Assembly: GCA_047722915.1 (NCBI GenBank) | Contig: JBDNZQ010000011.1 | Coordinates: 20,535-84,534 of the forward strand | DNA length: 64,000 nucleotides | Reading direction: 5' to 3' | Source of the DNA: Sporolactobacillus sp. | Lineage (GTDB): Bacteria; Bacillota; Bacilli; Bacillales; Sporolactobacillaceae | In this document: in pieces, positions 18,098 through 27,477 of the stretch | Layout: each line of letters starts with the position of its first letter | Position numbering within the stretch: the first letter of the stretch is position 1 | The notes under the pieces: generated by a model | The model's database searches: none | What the model saw: only the letters and a program-made list of their open reading frames with translations | Told to the model about the DNA's origin: nothing | Position numbers and translations under genes: made by a program

Positions 18098-19077
18098 CGA
18101 CGATGTCATACATAGAAGCGGTTACCGCAGCTTTGCGCGAAGAGATGACGCGCGATGAACGTGTATTTGTCATGGGGGAGGATGTCGGTCGGCGCGGCGG
18201 TGTTTTTCAAGCGACAAAGGGGCTTTATGAACAGTTTGGCGCGGCGCGTGTGCTGGACACGCCGCTTGCCGAGTCGGGCATTGCTGGCGTAGCGATCGGC
18301 GCGGCAATGTATGGCATGCGGCCGGTTGCAGAAATGCAGTTTGCCGACTTCATGCTTCCCGCTGTCAATCAAATAATTTCGGAGGCGGCAAAACTTCGCT
18401 ACCGTTCGAACAATGATTGGAGTGCGCCGCTGACGATTCGTGCGCCTTATGGCGGCGGCGTGCACGGCGGTTTATATCACTCGCAATCTTTAGAGGCACT
18501 GTTTGCTAATGTTCCCGGTTTGAAAATTGTCATGCCATCGACGCCTTTTGACGTCAAAGGGCTGCTGAAAGCGTCGATTCGTTCTGAGGATCCTGTCATT
18601 TTCTTTGAACACAAGCGCGCTTACCGGATGATTAAGGGCAATGTGCCGGATGAAGAGTATGTACTGCCAATCGGAGAGGCGGATGTGAAGCGGGAAGGCA
18701 GCGACGTTACCGTTATCACTTACGGGTTAATGGTGCACTTTGCTCTTCAAGCTGCACAAACACTTGAAGCGGAAGGCATTTCCGTGCATGTGCTCGATCT
18801 GCGCACGGTCTATCCGCTTGATCGCGAGGCAATTGGCGACGCCGTGTCAAGGACAGGCAAAGTGCTGCTTTTGACAGAAGCGCCGAAAACGGGCAGCGTG
18901 CTCAGTGAAGTAGCCGCCATCATCGCAGAGGACTGCCTGTTTTCACTTGACGCACCCGTGCGGCGGTTGGCTTCACCTGATATTCCGGCGATGCCTTATG
19001 CGTCTGCGCTTGAGATGCACTATATGATTCAGCAAGACGATGTGACCGAAGCCATTCGGGAATTGGCTGCTTTTTAA
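18094..19077 (+). CDS. bkdAB: Branched-chain 2-oxoacid dehydrogenase E1 beta
   Basis: 327 aa of the transketolase-like pyrimidine-binding family. It has an ATGA overlap with bkdAA. Confidence 0.9.
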   Translation: MTTMSYIEAVTAALREEMTRDERVFVMGEDVGRRGGVFQATKGLYEQFGAARVLDTPLAESGIAGVAIGAAMYGMRPVAEMQFADFMLPAVNQIISEAAKLRYRSNNDWSAPLTIRAPYGGGVHGGLYHSQSLEALFANVPGLKIVMPSTPFDVKGLLKASIRSEDPVIFFEHKRAYRMIKGNVPDEEYVLPIGEADVKREGSDVTVITYGLMVHFALQAAQTLEAEGISVHVLDLRTVYPLDREAIGDAVSRTGKVLLLTEAPKTGSVLSEVAAIIAEDCLFSLDAPVRRLASPDIPAMPYASALEMHYMIQQDDVTEAIRELAAF

Positions 19078-19096
19078 CAGACGGAGGGGTCCAGCA

Positions 19097-20371
19097 ATGG
19101 AAGAAATACAGATTACCATGCCGCAGCTCGGTGAGAGTGTCACGGAAGGCACAGTCAGTCAATGGCTCGTCTCAGTCGGTGATGCGGTGAAAAAGTACGA
19201 TCCGCTTGTTGAGGTCACCACCGACAAAGTGAATGCGGAAGTACCGTCCAGCTTTAGCGGTACGGTGACCAAACTGTTGGTTGCGCCAGGAGATACGCTG
19301 GCAGTCGGTGCTCCGATCTGCTTGCTTGCCACGGAGAACTCAGGGGAAGTGAAGACGGGCGTCGCGGAGAAAGAAGCCCTAGAGGCGCAACCGCAGCAGG
19401 CTTCTGGCGGTCACGGCTCGTCCGGACGCGGTGTGCGGCCTGCGGGTCGCTACTCACCTGCGGTACGTGCTCTAGCGCAGCAGCACCACGTGCCGCTTGA
19501 TACGCTGCGCGGCAGCGGTCGCGGCGGTCGCGTGACGCGGCGCGACGTGGAGCGATTCCTTCAGGCAGTGCCGGCTGCTGCCACGGCACTGCCTGAGGCC
19601 GGCCCAGACAATGAAATGTGCGGCGGACAAGAGACGCTGCCTTTGTCCCACCCAAACAAACCGGCAGCACCCGGGGATCGAGTCGTTCCGCTGACTGCCG
19701 TGCGCCGCGCGATTGCCGCCAATATGGTGCGCAGCGTGCATGAGATTCCCCATGCCTGGATGATGGTTGAAGTGGACGTCAGTCGTCTCGTCAACTACCG
19801 CAATCAAATGAAACGAAGCTTTCAAGAAAAAGAAGGAAGCAAGCTGACGTATCTACCTTTTTTTATTAAGGCCATTGTGACCGCGCTTAAAGCGTTTCCA
19901 CGTATGAACAGCACGTGGGCCGGTGATCAGATTATTGAGAAACAAGCCGTCAATGTCTCGCTGGCGGTGGCCGCAGAAGACGCGCTTTATGTACCCGTTA
20001 TCCATCGCGCAGATGAACTGAGCGTCAAGGGGCTTGCCGTACACATTGATGAGCTGGCGGCCAAGGTACGCACCGGGCGTCTTGCCCCTGCCGACGTGCA
20101 GGGCGGTACCTTCACTGTCAACAATACCGGCTCATTCGGTTCCATTGAGTCGCAGCCCATCATTAACTATCCGCAGGCGGCTATTCTATCCATCGAGTCG
20201 ATTGTCAAGCGGCCGGTCGTCATCCATGATATGATTGCGATTCGCGATGTCGTTAACCTCTGTCTATCAGTCGATCATCGCGTGCTCGACGGACTGATTG
20301 CCGGTCGTTTTCTCGCGCATGTCAAGGATTTGCTGGAGCATATCACACCGGAGAATATGCCGATTTACTGA
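19097..20371 (+). CDS. bkdB: Lipoamide acyltransferase (E2) of the branched-chain 2-oxoacid dehydrogenase complex
   Basis: 424 aa. It has a lipoyl domain (VEVTTDKVNAEVPS), a Pro/Ala linker, a subunit-binding domain and a catalytic DHRVLDG motif. Confidence 0.9.
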   Translation: MEEIQITMPQLGESVTEGTVSQWLVSVGDAVKKYDPLVEVTTDKVNAEVPSSFSGTVTKLLVAPGDTLAVGAPICLLATENSGEVKTGVAEKEALEAQPQQASGGHGSSGRGVRPAGRYSPAVRALAQQHHVPLDTLRGSGRGGRVTRRDVERFLQAVPAAATALPEAGPDNEMCGGQETLPLSHPNKPAAPGDRVVPLTAVRRAIAANMVRSVHEIPHAWMMVEVDVSRLVNYRNQMKRSFQEKEGSKLTYLPFFIKAIVTALKAFPRMNSTWAGDQIIEKQAVNVSLAVAAEDALYVPVIHRADELSVKGLAVHIDELAAKVRTGRLAPADVQGGTFTVNNTGSFGSIESQPIINYPQAAILSIESIVKRPVVIHDMIAIRDVVNLCLSVDHRVLDGLIAGRFLAHVKDLLEHITPENMPIY

Positions 20372-20510
20372 GTTGTTCCGTCACGAAAAAGCAGAGCGTG
20401 TTCATCGGATCCGTTTCATGTTGCACATTCGTGCCGGTTAAAAGAGACTGGGTCACTCCGCGTCTCTTAAAGGCAGTCGTATTGCACTTGACTTGACAAT
20501 TCAAGCGATC

Positions 20511-20609
20511 TTAGAAAGACTTGGCTCTGCCAAGTCATTTGGACGACGGCTGAGCCTTAGCTTTTCTTAGACTGAGTCCCGCTGAAGTCTTTATACTTTC
20601 GTAACGTAT
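20511..20609 (-). repeat. M1 dispersed repeat, copy 3 (reverse)
   Basis: The - strand reads ACGTTACGAAAGTATAAAGACTTCAGCGGGACTCAGTCTAAGAAAAGCTAAGGCTCAGCC...GACTTGGCagaGCCAAGTCTTTCTAA. Confidence 0.85.
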
Positions 20610-20656
20610 AAAAAAATGCCAGCTGCACTTGATCAAAGCAGCCGGCGTTCTTTTTT
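20610..20656. terminator. Bidirectional terminator between bkdB and the DMT transporter gene
   Basis: Stem GCCAGCTGC/GCAGCCGGC flanked by AAAAAAA on the left and TTCTTTTTT on the right. Confidence 0.6.
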
Positions 20657-20747
20657 AGTTATTCACTATGCAGGCCCCATCGTTCGGCGATTAGCCCCAA
20701 GTCCAAATCTTATTTTGAACGTTACGTTGTTGCAGCTTTTTACTGTG

Positions 20748-20778
20748 CCGAAAAGCAGTTCACTTCAAGCGAACTGCT
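20748..20778 (-). terminator. Terminator directly after the DMT transporter stop codon
   Basis: Stem GCAGTTC/GAACTGC followed by TTTTC on the - strand. Confidence 0.5.
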
Positions 20779-21690
20779 TTACTGTCGCTTTTCAAGCGGA
20801 TGTTCATCAGCCTTTGCTTTCAGCGGTCTGAATTTGACTTCAGTGATGAGTGATACGCTGCTCAAAATAATAATCATTCCGAATAATTCACCAAAGGAGG
20901 CCATTTCGTGCAGAAAAAGCATGCCCCAGATCACGCCATAGACTGAAACGAGTAACGTGACACTTGACGTCTTTGTCGGACCGACCTGCCTGTTCAAATA
21001 AAAATAGAGAATATAAGCAATGGCCGTGCAAATTAAAGCAAGGGCGAGCACCGCGCAGCTCATGCCGATGCTCAGCCGCATGAGTCTGCCGGCGCTCGGT
21101 AAACTAAAGGGAAGGAGCAGCATGCCTGCTGCCAGCTGCTGGCCGATTGTCACCGTAAGAAAGGGCTCGCTGGCAAAGGCGCGTTTAGCATATACTCCGC
21201 CGAAGCCGTAAGAGACGGCAGCCAGCAGCGAAAACAGAATCGACAGCCAGATGACTGGGGATGTGCCAAGCTGTCCCCAGCCGGCAAGAACGACAACACC
21301 GCCGATGCCGAGCAACAGGCTGATGATTTTTTTAGTGCTGAGGGTCTCCTTAAGCCAGACGCGGGCGACGAGTGCCGTGAACAGCGGTGTGGTTGCATTT
21401 AAAATGGATGAGACCGATGCACTCAGATGCAGTTCCGAACTGGCAATCAGAGTGAAAGGGACAGCGGCATTCAGTGCCCCTAGCAGGAAATATTGCCGCC
21501 ACGTGTGACGGTAGTCCGGAATTTGCCGCGCAGCCAAAACTGAGAGCAGCAGTGCAACTCCGGCGAGCAGCACCCGCAGATCGATAAGCAGAAACGGGCC
21601 GAGAACGGGAGACGCAAGCCGCATAAACAAAAAGGAGGCTCCCCACAGGGCGCCGAGAATATTTAAAACGAGGAAATCTTTAATAGTCAA
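20779..21690 (-). CDS. DMT superfamily (EamA-like) transporter
   Basis: 303 aa with 10 predicted TM segments and two EamA-type repeats. Confidence 0.8.
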   Translation of the reverse strand: MTIKDFLVLNILGALWGASFLFMRLASPVLGPFLLIDLRVLLAGVALLLSVLAARQIPDYRHTWRQYFLLGALNAAVPFTLIASSELHLSASVSSILNATTPLFTALVARVWLKETLSTKKIISLLLGIGGVVVLAGWGQLGTSPVIWLSILFSLLAAVSYGFGGVYAKRAFASEPFLTVTIGQQLAAGMLLLPFSLPSAGRLMRLSIGMSCAVLALALICTAIAYILYFYLNRQVGPTKTSSVTLLVSVYGVIWGMLFLHEMASFGELFGMIIILSSVSLITEVKFRPLKAKADEHPLEKRQ

Positions 21691-21853
21691 CCTTCATCAT
21701 TCCCTTGCAGCAGATACTTTGCCATACTAAAATAGATGAATTGCACGAAACTGTCAACCACCTATCATGCATTTATGAAAGGCATGAGTTTCTCGATGCG
21801 ACGATTCGTCCGCATATAATTAGGGGCAAAACACAAAAAATGACAATCTTTGT

Positions 21854-21952
21854 TTAGAAGAACTTAGCGCTGCTAAGTCCCTTGGGACGATGGCGGAGCC
21901 TTAGCTTGTCTTGGACGGGTTCCGCTGAAATCTTAGTACTTTCTTATCTTGT
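21854..21952 (-). repeat. M1 dispersed repeat, copy 4 (reverse), left flank of the low-GC islet
   Basis: TTAGAAGAACTTAGCGCTGCTAAGTCCCTTGGGACGATGGCGGAGCCTTAGCTTGTCTTGGACGGGTTCCGCTGAAATCTTAGTAC... The ~80-nt core differs at only 4 positions from copy 5. Confidence 0.85.
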
Positions 21953-22069
21953 TAAAAAAACAGGTATTCGGAATTTATGGCGGAAGAAGGCTTACTAATC
22001 GCCTTCTTCCAAATTCTGAAATAAGTGTGGGAAAAGCGACAGCAAAGTTGTCTGTCATGTCATGATCAG

Positions 22070-22402
22070 TCACTTCAAACCAATCGAAAGTATCGTATAA
22101 CATAGCTTTGTTAAGAGCGATCGAATTAAATCGTGGTTTACGCTTCTTATAAAGCTTATCATTGAACAGCAGTTTGACTCGTTGGATAGGTTATGTTTTT
22201 CATTAACGGCTATTAGGCGTTCCCAGAAGGTAGATCGGAATTCACGACACTTGTATCGTTTGCGGTTCAATTGTAGACCCACTTGCTCTGAACAAATGGT
22301 CAAATCCATAATTAGTTGTTTTCTTGAGCTGTGTCCGTACAACTTGTAAAAACCACATTCAGAACAATGTTCAGATGGTTTGATTGCTTCAGCTTTAAAC
22401 AT
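22070..22402 (-). mobile_element. ISL3-family transposase N-terminal fragment (remnant)
   Basis: 110 aa with the zinc-finger-like pattern HCSECG..KLYGH..R.L.DL...G..V.L...RKRYKC. This matches ISL3 transposase N-termini. The second Cys pair is degenerate and the catalytic domain is absent. Confidence 0.45.
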
Positions 22403-22513
22403 CCTATCGGTATTATTTTCTGGTGGGGGTTCAATTGCAGTTAGATTTGAAAGACATAGTAGATGTCATATTGTTCATCTTTTAAACAGAAGGTGGGAAA
22501 TGTCCCTGCTTCG

Positions 22514-22963
22514 TTACTGTATAGGAACTAATATTTCACACAAATGATTATCAATCATTTGTGAAGTATATCTTTCTATAATGGGTTGTTCCCTTATTAA
22601 TAAATGATTTCTTTCTATCTCAGAAAAAATATTGCCCCAAAATTCACTGACTGCCGCTTTTGTATGATCAAGCAAGAAAACAGCGTATTTCCCACCAGAA
22701 AATTCACTAACATAGGCTGGCTTTTCCACATTAAAATCTTTATTTATAACAACGCAAACATCATAACGGCATGCCTCTTTAGGAGTAATCTCTGGATTAT
22801 CTTGCGGTATACCTAAAATTGTAGAATTATCAAATACACCATTCGATTTTGCCCATTTTTTAAAATTCTCCATTAATTCTTTGTTTTGCTTTTCACCATA
22901 CTCCCCCACATTTCGAAAATAAGCAATCCTTGATTCAGGTAGTTCTTCAATAGTTATTTTCAT
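22514..22963 (-). CDS. GyrI-like small-molecule-binding domain protein
   Basis: 149 aa. It begins MKITIEELPESRIAYFRNVGEYG and ends IERY....D...CEILVPI, typical of the GyrI-like/SbmC effector-binding fold. Strongly AT-rich codon usage. Confidence 0.7.
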   Translation of the reverse strand: MKITIEELPESRIAYFRNVGEYGEKQNKELMENFKKWAKSNGVFDNSTILGIPQDNPEITPKEACRYDVCVVINKDFNVEKPAYVSEFSGGKYAVFLLDHTKAAVSEFWGNIFSEIERNHLLIREQPIIERYTSQMIDNHLCEILVPIQ

Positions 22964-23084
22964 ATTTTAATTCTCCTTTCTTAGATAAGGTAATTCGATT
23001 TAAAATTTTTTTCAAGCTTTTTTACAGATTTTTACTATAGTATAGTTTAATTAATCCATTATTCCACTATATACTCCGAAGACC

Positions 23085-23182
23085 TTAAAGAACTTAGCGC
23101 TGCCAAGTCCCTTGGGACGACGGCGGAACCTTAGCTTGTCTTGGACGGGTTCCGCTGAAATCTTAGTACATTCGTAACGTAT
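23085..23182 (-). repeat. M1 dispersed repeat, copy 5 (reverse), right flank of the low-GC islet
   Basis: TTAAAGAACTTAGCGCTGCCAAGTCCCTTGGGACGACGGCGGAACCTTAGCTTGTCTTGGACGGGTTCCGCTGAAATCTTAGTACATTCGTAACGTAT. Confidence 0.85.
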
Positions 23183-23397
23183 AAATAAGACAGGTCTAAG
23201 ACTAATCTGGACGCTGGACGATAATGCTTAATGACAGACCACACTCACATCACATCAAAGTGTCCGTTTCCATTGTGCTTGCCTCTGCTGTTAACGCGCT
23301 CTAATCGTTCGATTTTTCTGCGTCGTTCATCATCTGTTCATCTACGCGGTATATGCTTGAGTTGGCATCAAGTATTCTGAAAAAAGAGAGGGTGAAC

Positions 23398-24078
23398 GTG
23401 TTGGGAACAGTTTTAATTGTCGACGATGACCCGAACATTCGCGAACTTGTCCGCGTTTTTTTGCAGGAAGAAGGACTCGTTTGTCTGGAGGCGGCAACCG
23501 GTGTGGAAGCACTTACCGTGCTTGAGAGCGGACAGGTGGCGCTCGTTGTGCTTGATATTATGATGCCGGAGATGGACGGTTGGATGTTCTGCGAACAGGC
23601 GCGTGCTTTGTATCCCGAACTTCCGATTCTTATGCTTACCGCGAAAGGTGAAACCGCGCAGAAGGTAAAGGGCTTTCGCCTTGGCGCCGACGACTACTTA
23701 GTCAAACCGTTTGAGCCGATTGAGCTTGTTATGCGCATCAAAGCACTTTTGCGGCGATATCAGGCGGTCGCAGCTTTTACTGTGCAGGTCGGTTCACTTG
23801 TCATTGATCAGCAGTCACACGTCATTCACGATCGTGAAAAAGACTATGTCATTCCGCTAAAGGAGTTTGAGCTGCTCTTTACGCTTGCGGCTTCGGCGGG
23901 CCGTACGTTTTCTCGCGAGGATCTCATTGAAAAGATCTGGGGTTATGACTTTGCCGGCGATGAGCGCACCGTTGACGTACATATCAAGCGTTTGAGGGAA
24001 CGCTTTAATTCGAATGACTGTGGATTTTCTATTCGTACGGTTCGCGGATTGGGCTACCGGCTGGAGGAGATATCATGA
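23398..24078 (+). CDS. OmpR/PhoB-family response regulator
   Basis: Receiver domain (LIVDDDPNIRE...DIMMPEMDG...LTAKG) plus a winged-helix output domain. I prefer the GTG at 23398, after RBS GAGAGG. The track ORF starts at 23353. Confidence 0.85.
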   Translation: MLGTVLIVDDDPNIRELVRVFLQEEGLVCLEAATGVEALTVLESGQVALVVLDIMMPEMDGWMFCEQARALYPELPILMLTAKGETAQKVKGFRLGADDYLVKPFEPIELVMRIKALLRRYQAVAAFTVQVGSLVIDQQSHVIHDREKDYVIPLKEFELLFTLAASAGRTFSREDLIEKIWGYDFAGDERTVDVHIKRLRERFNSNDCGFSIRTVRGLGYRLEEIS

Positions 24079-25193
24079 AAAAAGTGGCCCGTTTTCTTTT
24101 TTGGCTAGGCAGTGTTCTGCTTTTTTTCTCGCTGATTTCAAGCTTTTTTTATGCGCTGCTTAATGGAGTCAGACGGTTGCTGCACGCCGCATGGCCGTCG
24201 TTTGTCGTTCACCTGCTCAGCGCCAACCTAGGTGTCGTCGGTTTCATCAGCGTGTTTTATCTGACGGCGCATGTCTATGCTCACCGTCATCATACGCACC
24301 GGGCCAACTACTTTCAGGCACTGATGCAGGCGATACGCGAGATTTCAAAGGGGAATTTTGACATTGATACGCTTGACTTACCGGTGGCATTTAGCGAACG
24401 TTCGCGGCGGCATAATCCGTTTCAAATGCTGTCAGACGGCTTGAAAGAGATGGCACATGAACTTGGAAAAATTGATCAAGTGCGCCAGCAGTTCATTTCC
24501 AATGTGTCGCATGAGATCCAGTCACCGCTGACTTCGATTAAGGGTTTTGCCCGAGCATTGGAGAATGCCGGGCTCAGTGAGCAGCAGCGCCTTCACTATT
24601 TGCAGATTATTCAACAGGAAACCGAGCGCCTGTCAAACCTTAGCACCAATCTATTAAAACTGACATCGCTTGAAAATGATGTGCACTTGCTGGCGGTTAG
24701 CGCTTATCGTGTGGATCGCCAGATTCGGCAGTCTTTGCTGTTTTTTGAAACCAAGTGGGAAGAGAAGCAGCTTACACTTGATATCGAGCTTGAGCCCGTC
24801 GTTATTCGCGCTGATGCGGAGTTGATGGAACAAGTCTGGCGTAATTTAATTCAGAACAGCATCAAGTTCACACCAGCAGGCGGGAGAATCGCGGTGAAAC
24901 TCTACGTGCGTAAACACCGCGCTTATTTTGAAATCAGTGATACGGGCATCGGCATTCGTCCGGAAGAGCAGGTGCATCTGTTTGAGCGCTTTTACAAGGC
25001 TGACCGTTCGCGCAACCGAATGATTGAAGGCAGCGGGCTCGGTCTGTCGATCGTCAAAAAAATTATTGATGTTCACGGCTGGAGCATTCGCGTGGCGAGC
25101 GATTACGGTCACGGAACGACCTTTATCGTCAGCGTGGGCTTGCCTGATGATGAAACGCATCAAACGACGGAAGTCAGCGAGAGCACGCGGTGA
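24075..25193 (+). CDS. Sensor histidine kinase (two TM segments with a short external loop)
   Basis: 372 aa with H-box SHEIQSPLTSIKG and an HATPase_c domain with DTGIGI and GSGLGLSIV. It has an ATGA overlap with the regulator gene. Confidence 0.85.
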   Translation: MKKVARFLFWLGSVLLFFSLISSFFYALLNGVRRLLHAAWPSFVVHLLSANLGVVGFISVFYLTAHVYAHRHHTHRANYFQALMQAIREISKGNFDIDTLDLPVAFSERSRRHNPFQMLSDGLKEMAHELGKIDQVRQQFISNVSHEIQSPLTSIKGFARALENAGLSEQQRLHYLQIIQQETERLSNLSTNLLKLTSLENDVHLLAVSAYRVDRQIRQSLLFFETKWEEKQLTLDIELEPVVIRADAELMEQVWRNLIQNSIKFTPAGGRIAVKLYVRKHRAYFEISDTGIGIRPEEQVHLFERFYKADRSRNRMIEGSGLGLSIVKKIIDVHGWSIRVASDYGHGTTFIVSVGLPDDETHQTTEVSESTR

Positions 25194-25365
25194 ACCGGCA
25201 GTCTGAGGCAGGACCCGCAATGTCACAAAAAGAGGCGGCGCTCTTTTGTGCAAGACGTCTTCCAAAGGCTCAATAATTCGAGCTTTCGCCATACCGCAGA
25301 ATCGACAACAGAGTCCATTGTAAACAAAAAAAACGGTGATCAAACTGCATGCAGGCACTCGCTCT

Positions 25366-26913
25366 TTATTTCACTGAGGGACGGAACAGTTCAAATAATC
25401 CCATGCATGCCGTGCCGATCAGAACGGCTACGGCTGTCCACATGCTCGTGTGAAAAGCAAAAAGAAAGGCGTCGTCGGCTTTCAATCGAATCGCTATTTT
25501 CGCGGTTGTAACAATTGATGAATGGTTGAGAGCAGTACGCGTTTGGCTTAATGATTCAAGTGTATAAATCTTCAATCCTAATTTGTCTGCTGAGGGAGAT
25601 AAGGCGTTCGTCAGATATTGCCTATAAACCATTGAATATAGGGTGCCGAGGACACCTACTCCGACAATGGAGATTAATCCGCGTACGGTATTCGTCAAAC
25701 CCGCACCCGCGCCTGCTTTTTCCGCGGAAACGGCGGCCATTGTCAGTTGCGTTGTAGCGCCCATGGCCAATCCCATACCGACTCCCGAAAGCAAAAAGCC
25801 AATCTCAATCATGAGGACCAGTGTGTGTTGATTACTCCAACTAAAAATGATAAAACCGGAGGCAATAATAAGCAGTCCGGCTGTAGCAATTGCTTTTGCG
25901 CCGAAAGATCGGGACAATCGAGCGCTGGCGAGCGAACCGATGATTGCACCGCCGGCAACAGGAAACATAAGTAGTCCCAGCATTAGAGGCGTGTTATGGC
26001 GAATAAGCTGCATGAAAAAAACAAGCACGTAAGTTCCACCGGAAAGCGCAAAGTAAGCACAAGAAATGGCTAAGGTGCCAAAGGAAAAACCAGAATTTTT
26101 AAAAAGATTGAGCGCAAGTAACGGATCTTTTTGCCTCGTTTCAAAGAAGACAAGCACCATGATCAGGATCAAACCGAGCAGCAGCGAACCACTGACGAGA
26201 GGGTCAAACAAGCCGTGATGACTTTGCCCCATTTGGACCAGCCCGTACATCAGCACACTGATGCCCGTGATGCACATGAGCGAGCCCCAAAAATCAATGG
26301 CAGTGTCAAAACGGTTAACAGATTCGACCACATAGCGTCCAATAATGAGTACACAGCATAGCACAATGGGTATGTTGATTAAAAAAATACTCCACCAAGG
26401 CAAAAATCGAATGAGCAGCCCGCTGAGAATGGGTCCGAAGGCAACGGAGGCACCGCCGGCAGCTGACCAGATGCCGAGCACTTTACTCTGTTCCTTGGAA
26501 GTAAATGTATTTTTGATGATAGCTAATGTGGTGGCTGGTACAACGGCACCGCCTATTCCCATTCCCACTCGCCACATAATGAGTGCCTCCATGTTGTCGC
26601 TCAGCGCAATGCCGCATGAGGAAAGAAGGAACAGCGTAAGACCGATTGTAAGTATTCGTTTTCTACCGAAGCGGTCTGCCAGAAAACCTGCGGGAAGCAG
26701 CAGTGAGCAATAAGGAATTTCATAAGCGACTACCGCCCATTGGAGTTGTGAATTGCTCGCCTGGAAATGCTGTTGTATAGTCTGCAGTGCAACGTTAAGA
26801 ATGGAGTAATCCATCATGACCATCAAGTAGGCGAGACTGACGGCCGCAATGATCCAATTTTTTTGCTTGACTGTCCATGTTTCAGGTGTCACTCTTCTGT
26901 TTTCATTAGACAC
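25366..26913 (-). CDS. MFS drug:H+ antiporter (DHA2/EmrB-QacA type, 14 TM)
   Basis: 515 aa with motif A LADRFGRKR and 14 hydrophobic segments. It lies downstream of an ArsR-family gene. Confidence 0.85.
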   Translation of the reverse strand: MSNENRRVTPETWTVKQKNWIIAAVSLAYLMVMMDYSILNVALQTIQQHFQASNSQLQWAVVAYEIPYCSLLLPAGFLADRFGRKRILTIGLTLFLLSSCGIALSDNMEALIMWRVGMGIGGAVVPATTLAIIKNTFTSKEQSKVLGIWSAAGGASVAFGPILSGLLIRFLPWWSIFLINIPIVLCCVLIIGRYVVESVNRFDTAIDFWGSLMCITGISVLMYGLVQMGQSHHGLFDPLVSGSLLLGLILIMVLVFFETRQKDPLLALNLFKNSGFSFGTLAISCAYFALSGGTYVLVFFMQLIRHNTPLMLGLLMFPVAGGAIIGSLASARLSRSFGAKAIATAGLLIIASGFIIFSWSNQHTLVLMIEIGFLLSGVGMGLAMGATTQLTMAAVSAEKAGAGAGLTNTVRGLISIVGVGVLGTLYSMVYRQYLTNALSPSADKLGLKIYTLESLSQTRTALNHSSIVTTAKIAIRLKADDAFLFAFHTSMWTAVAVLIGTACMGLFELFRPSVK

Positions 26914-26999
26914 ACGGATCTCATCCCGTCTTTAATTTTATATGTTTAATCATATGAACTTATTGATCAAAAAAAATGAAACTGATTGTCGCCAAAAGA

Positions 27000-27326
27000 T
27001 CAGGACTCGATTGCCCTTTCAACGGCGGTTACAAGACGTTTCAATGAGTCAAGAAAGGTATCCGGAACGAGTGAATAATATTTTTCGGTGCTTTTGCGAC
27101 TGAATGTGACTAGCTGCGCATCGCGCAAAATTTTTAAATGATGCGAGACTGCGGGTCTGGAGATATGCAGACGATCAGTCAGTTGATTCACATTGAGCGT
27201 ACCGCTTTTCAATAGGATAGCAACAATTTGCTGGCGGTTATCGTCGCCGAGTGCCTGAAAAATGGGGGTCGATTGCTTAAAATTGTCAAGAATGACAGCT
27301 GAAGCAGCACACACGTCATGTTCCAT
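27000..27326 (-). CDS. ArsR/SmtB family transcriptional regulator
   Basis: 108 aa with the HTH LNVNQLTDRLHISRPAVSHHLKILRDAQLV. Confidence 0.8.
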   Translation of the reverse strand: MEHDVCAASAVILDNFKQSTPIFQALGDDNRQQIVAILLKSGTLNVNQLTDRLHISRPAVSHHLKILRDAQLVTFSRKSTEKYYSLVPDTFLDSLKRLVTAVERAIES

Positions 27327-27371
27327 GAGTAGCGCTCCGTTTCACATGATTATACGTTTAAAAGCATGAAC

Positions 27372-27400
27372 ATTATAAGCGACAACCACCCTTATGTCAA
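27372..27400 (-). promoter_or_regulatory. Sigma-A type promoter of the arsR-MFS operon
   Basis: The - strand reads TTGACA, a 17-nt spacer, then TATAAT. Confidence 0.55.
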
Positions 27401-27477
27401 GTTCACATGGTCGGCTTTAAAAAATCTTTACATAACGGCATTTGAAGGGTGAAGATGTTGGCCGGTGAGCGCCGTTA

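Noticed and set aside
20511-20609. Conserved antiterminator-type alternative pairing inside M1 (upstream GGCTCAGCC with GGCAGAGCC of the terminal hairpin)
   Set aside because: The 8/9 complementarity seen in copy 3 is not maintained in the other copies. I therefore do not claim a riboregulatory switch. Only the terminal hairpin is consistently supported.
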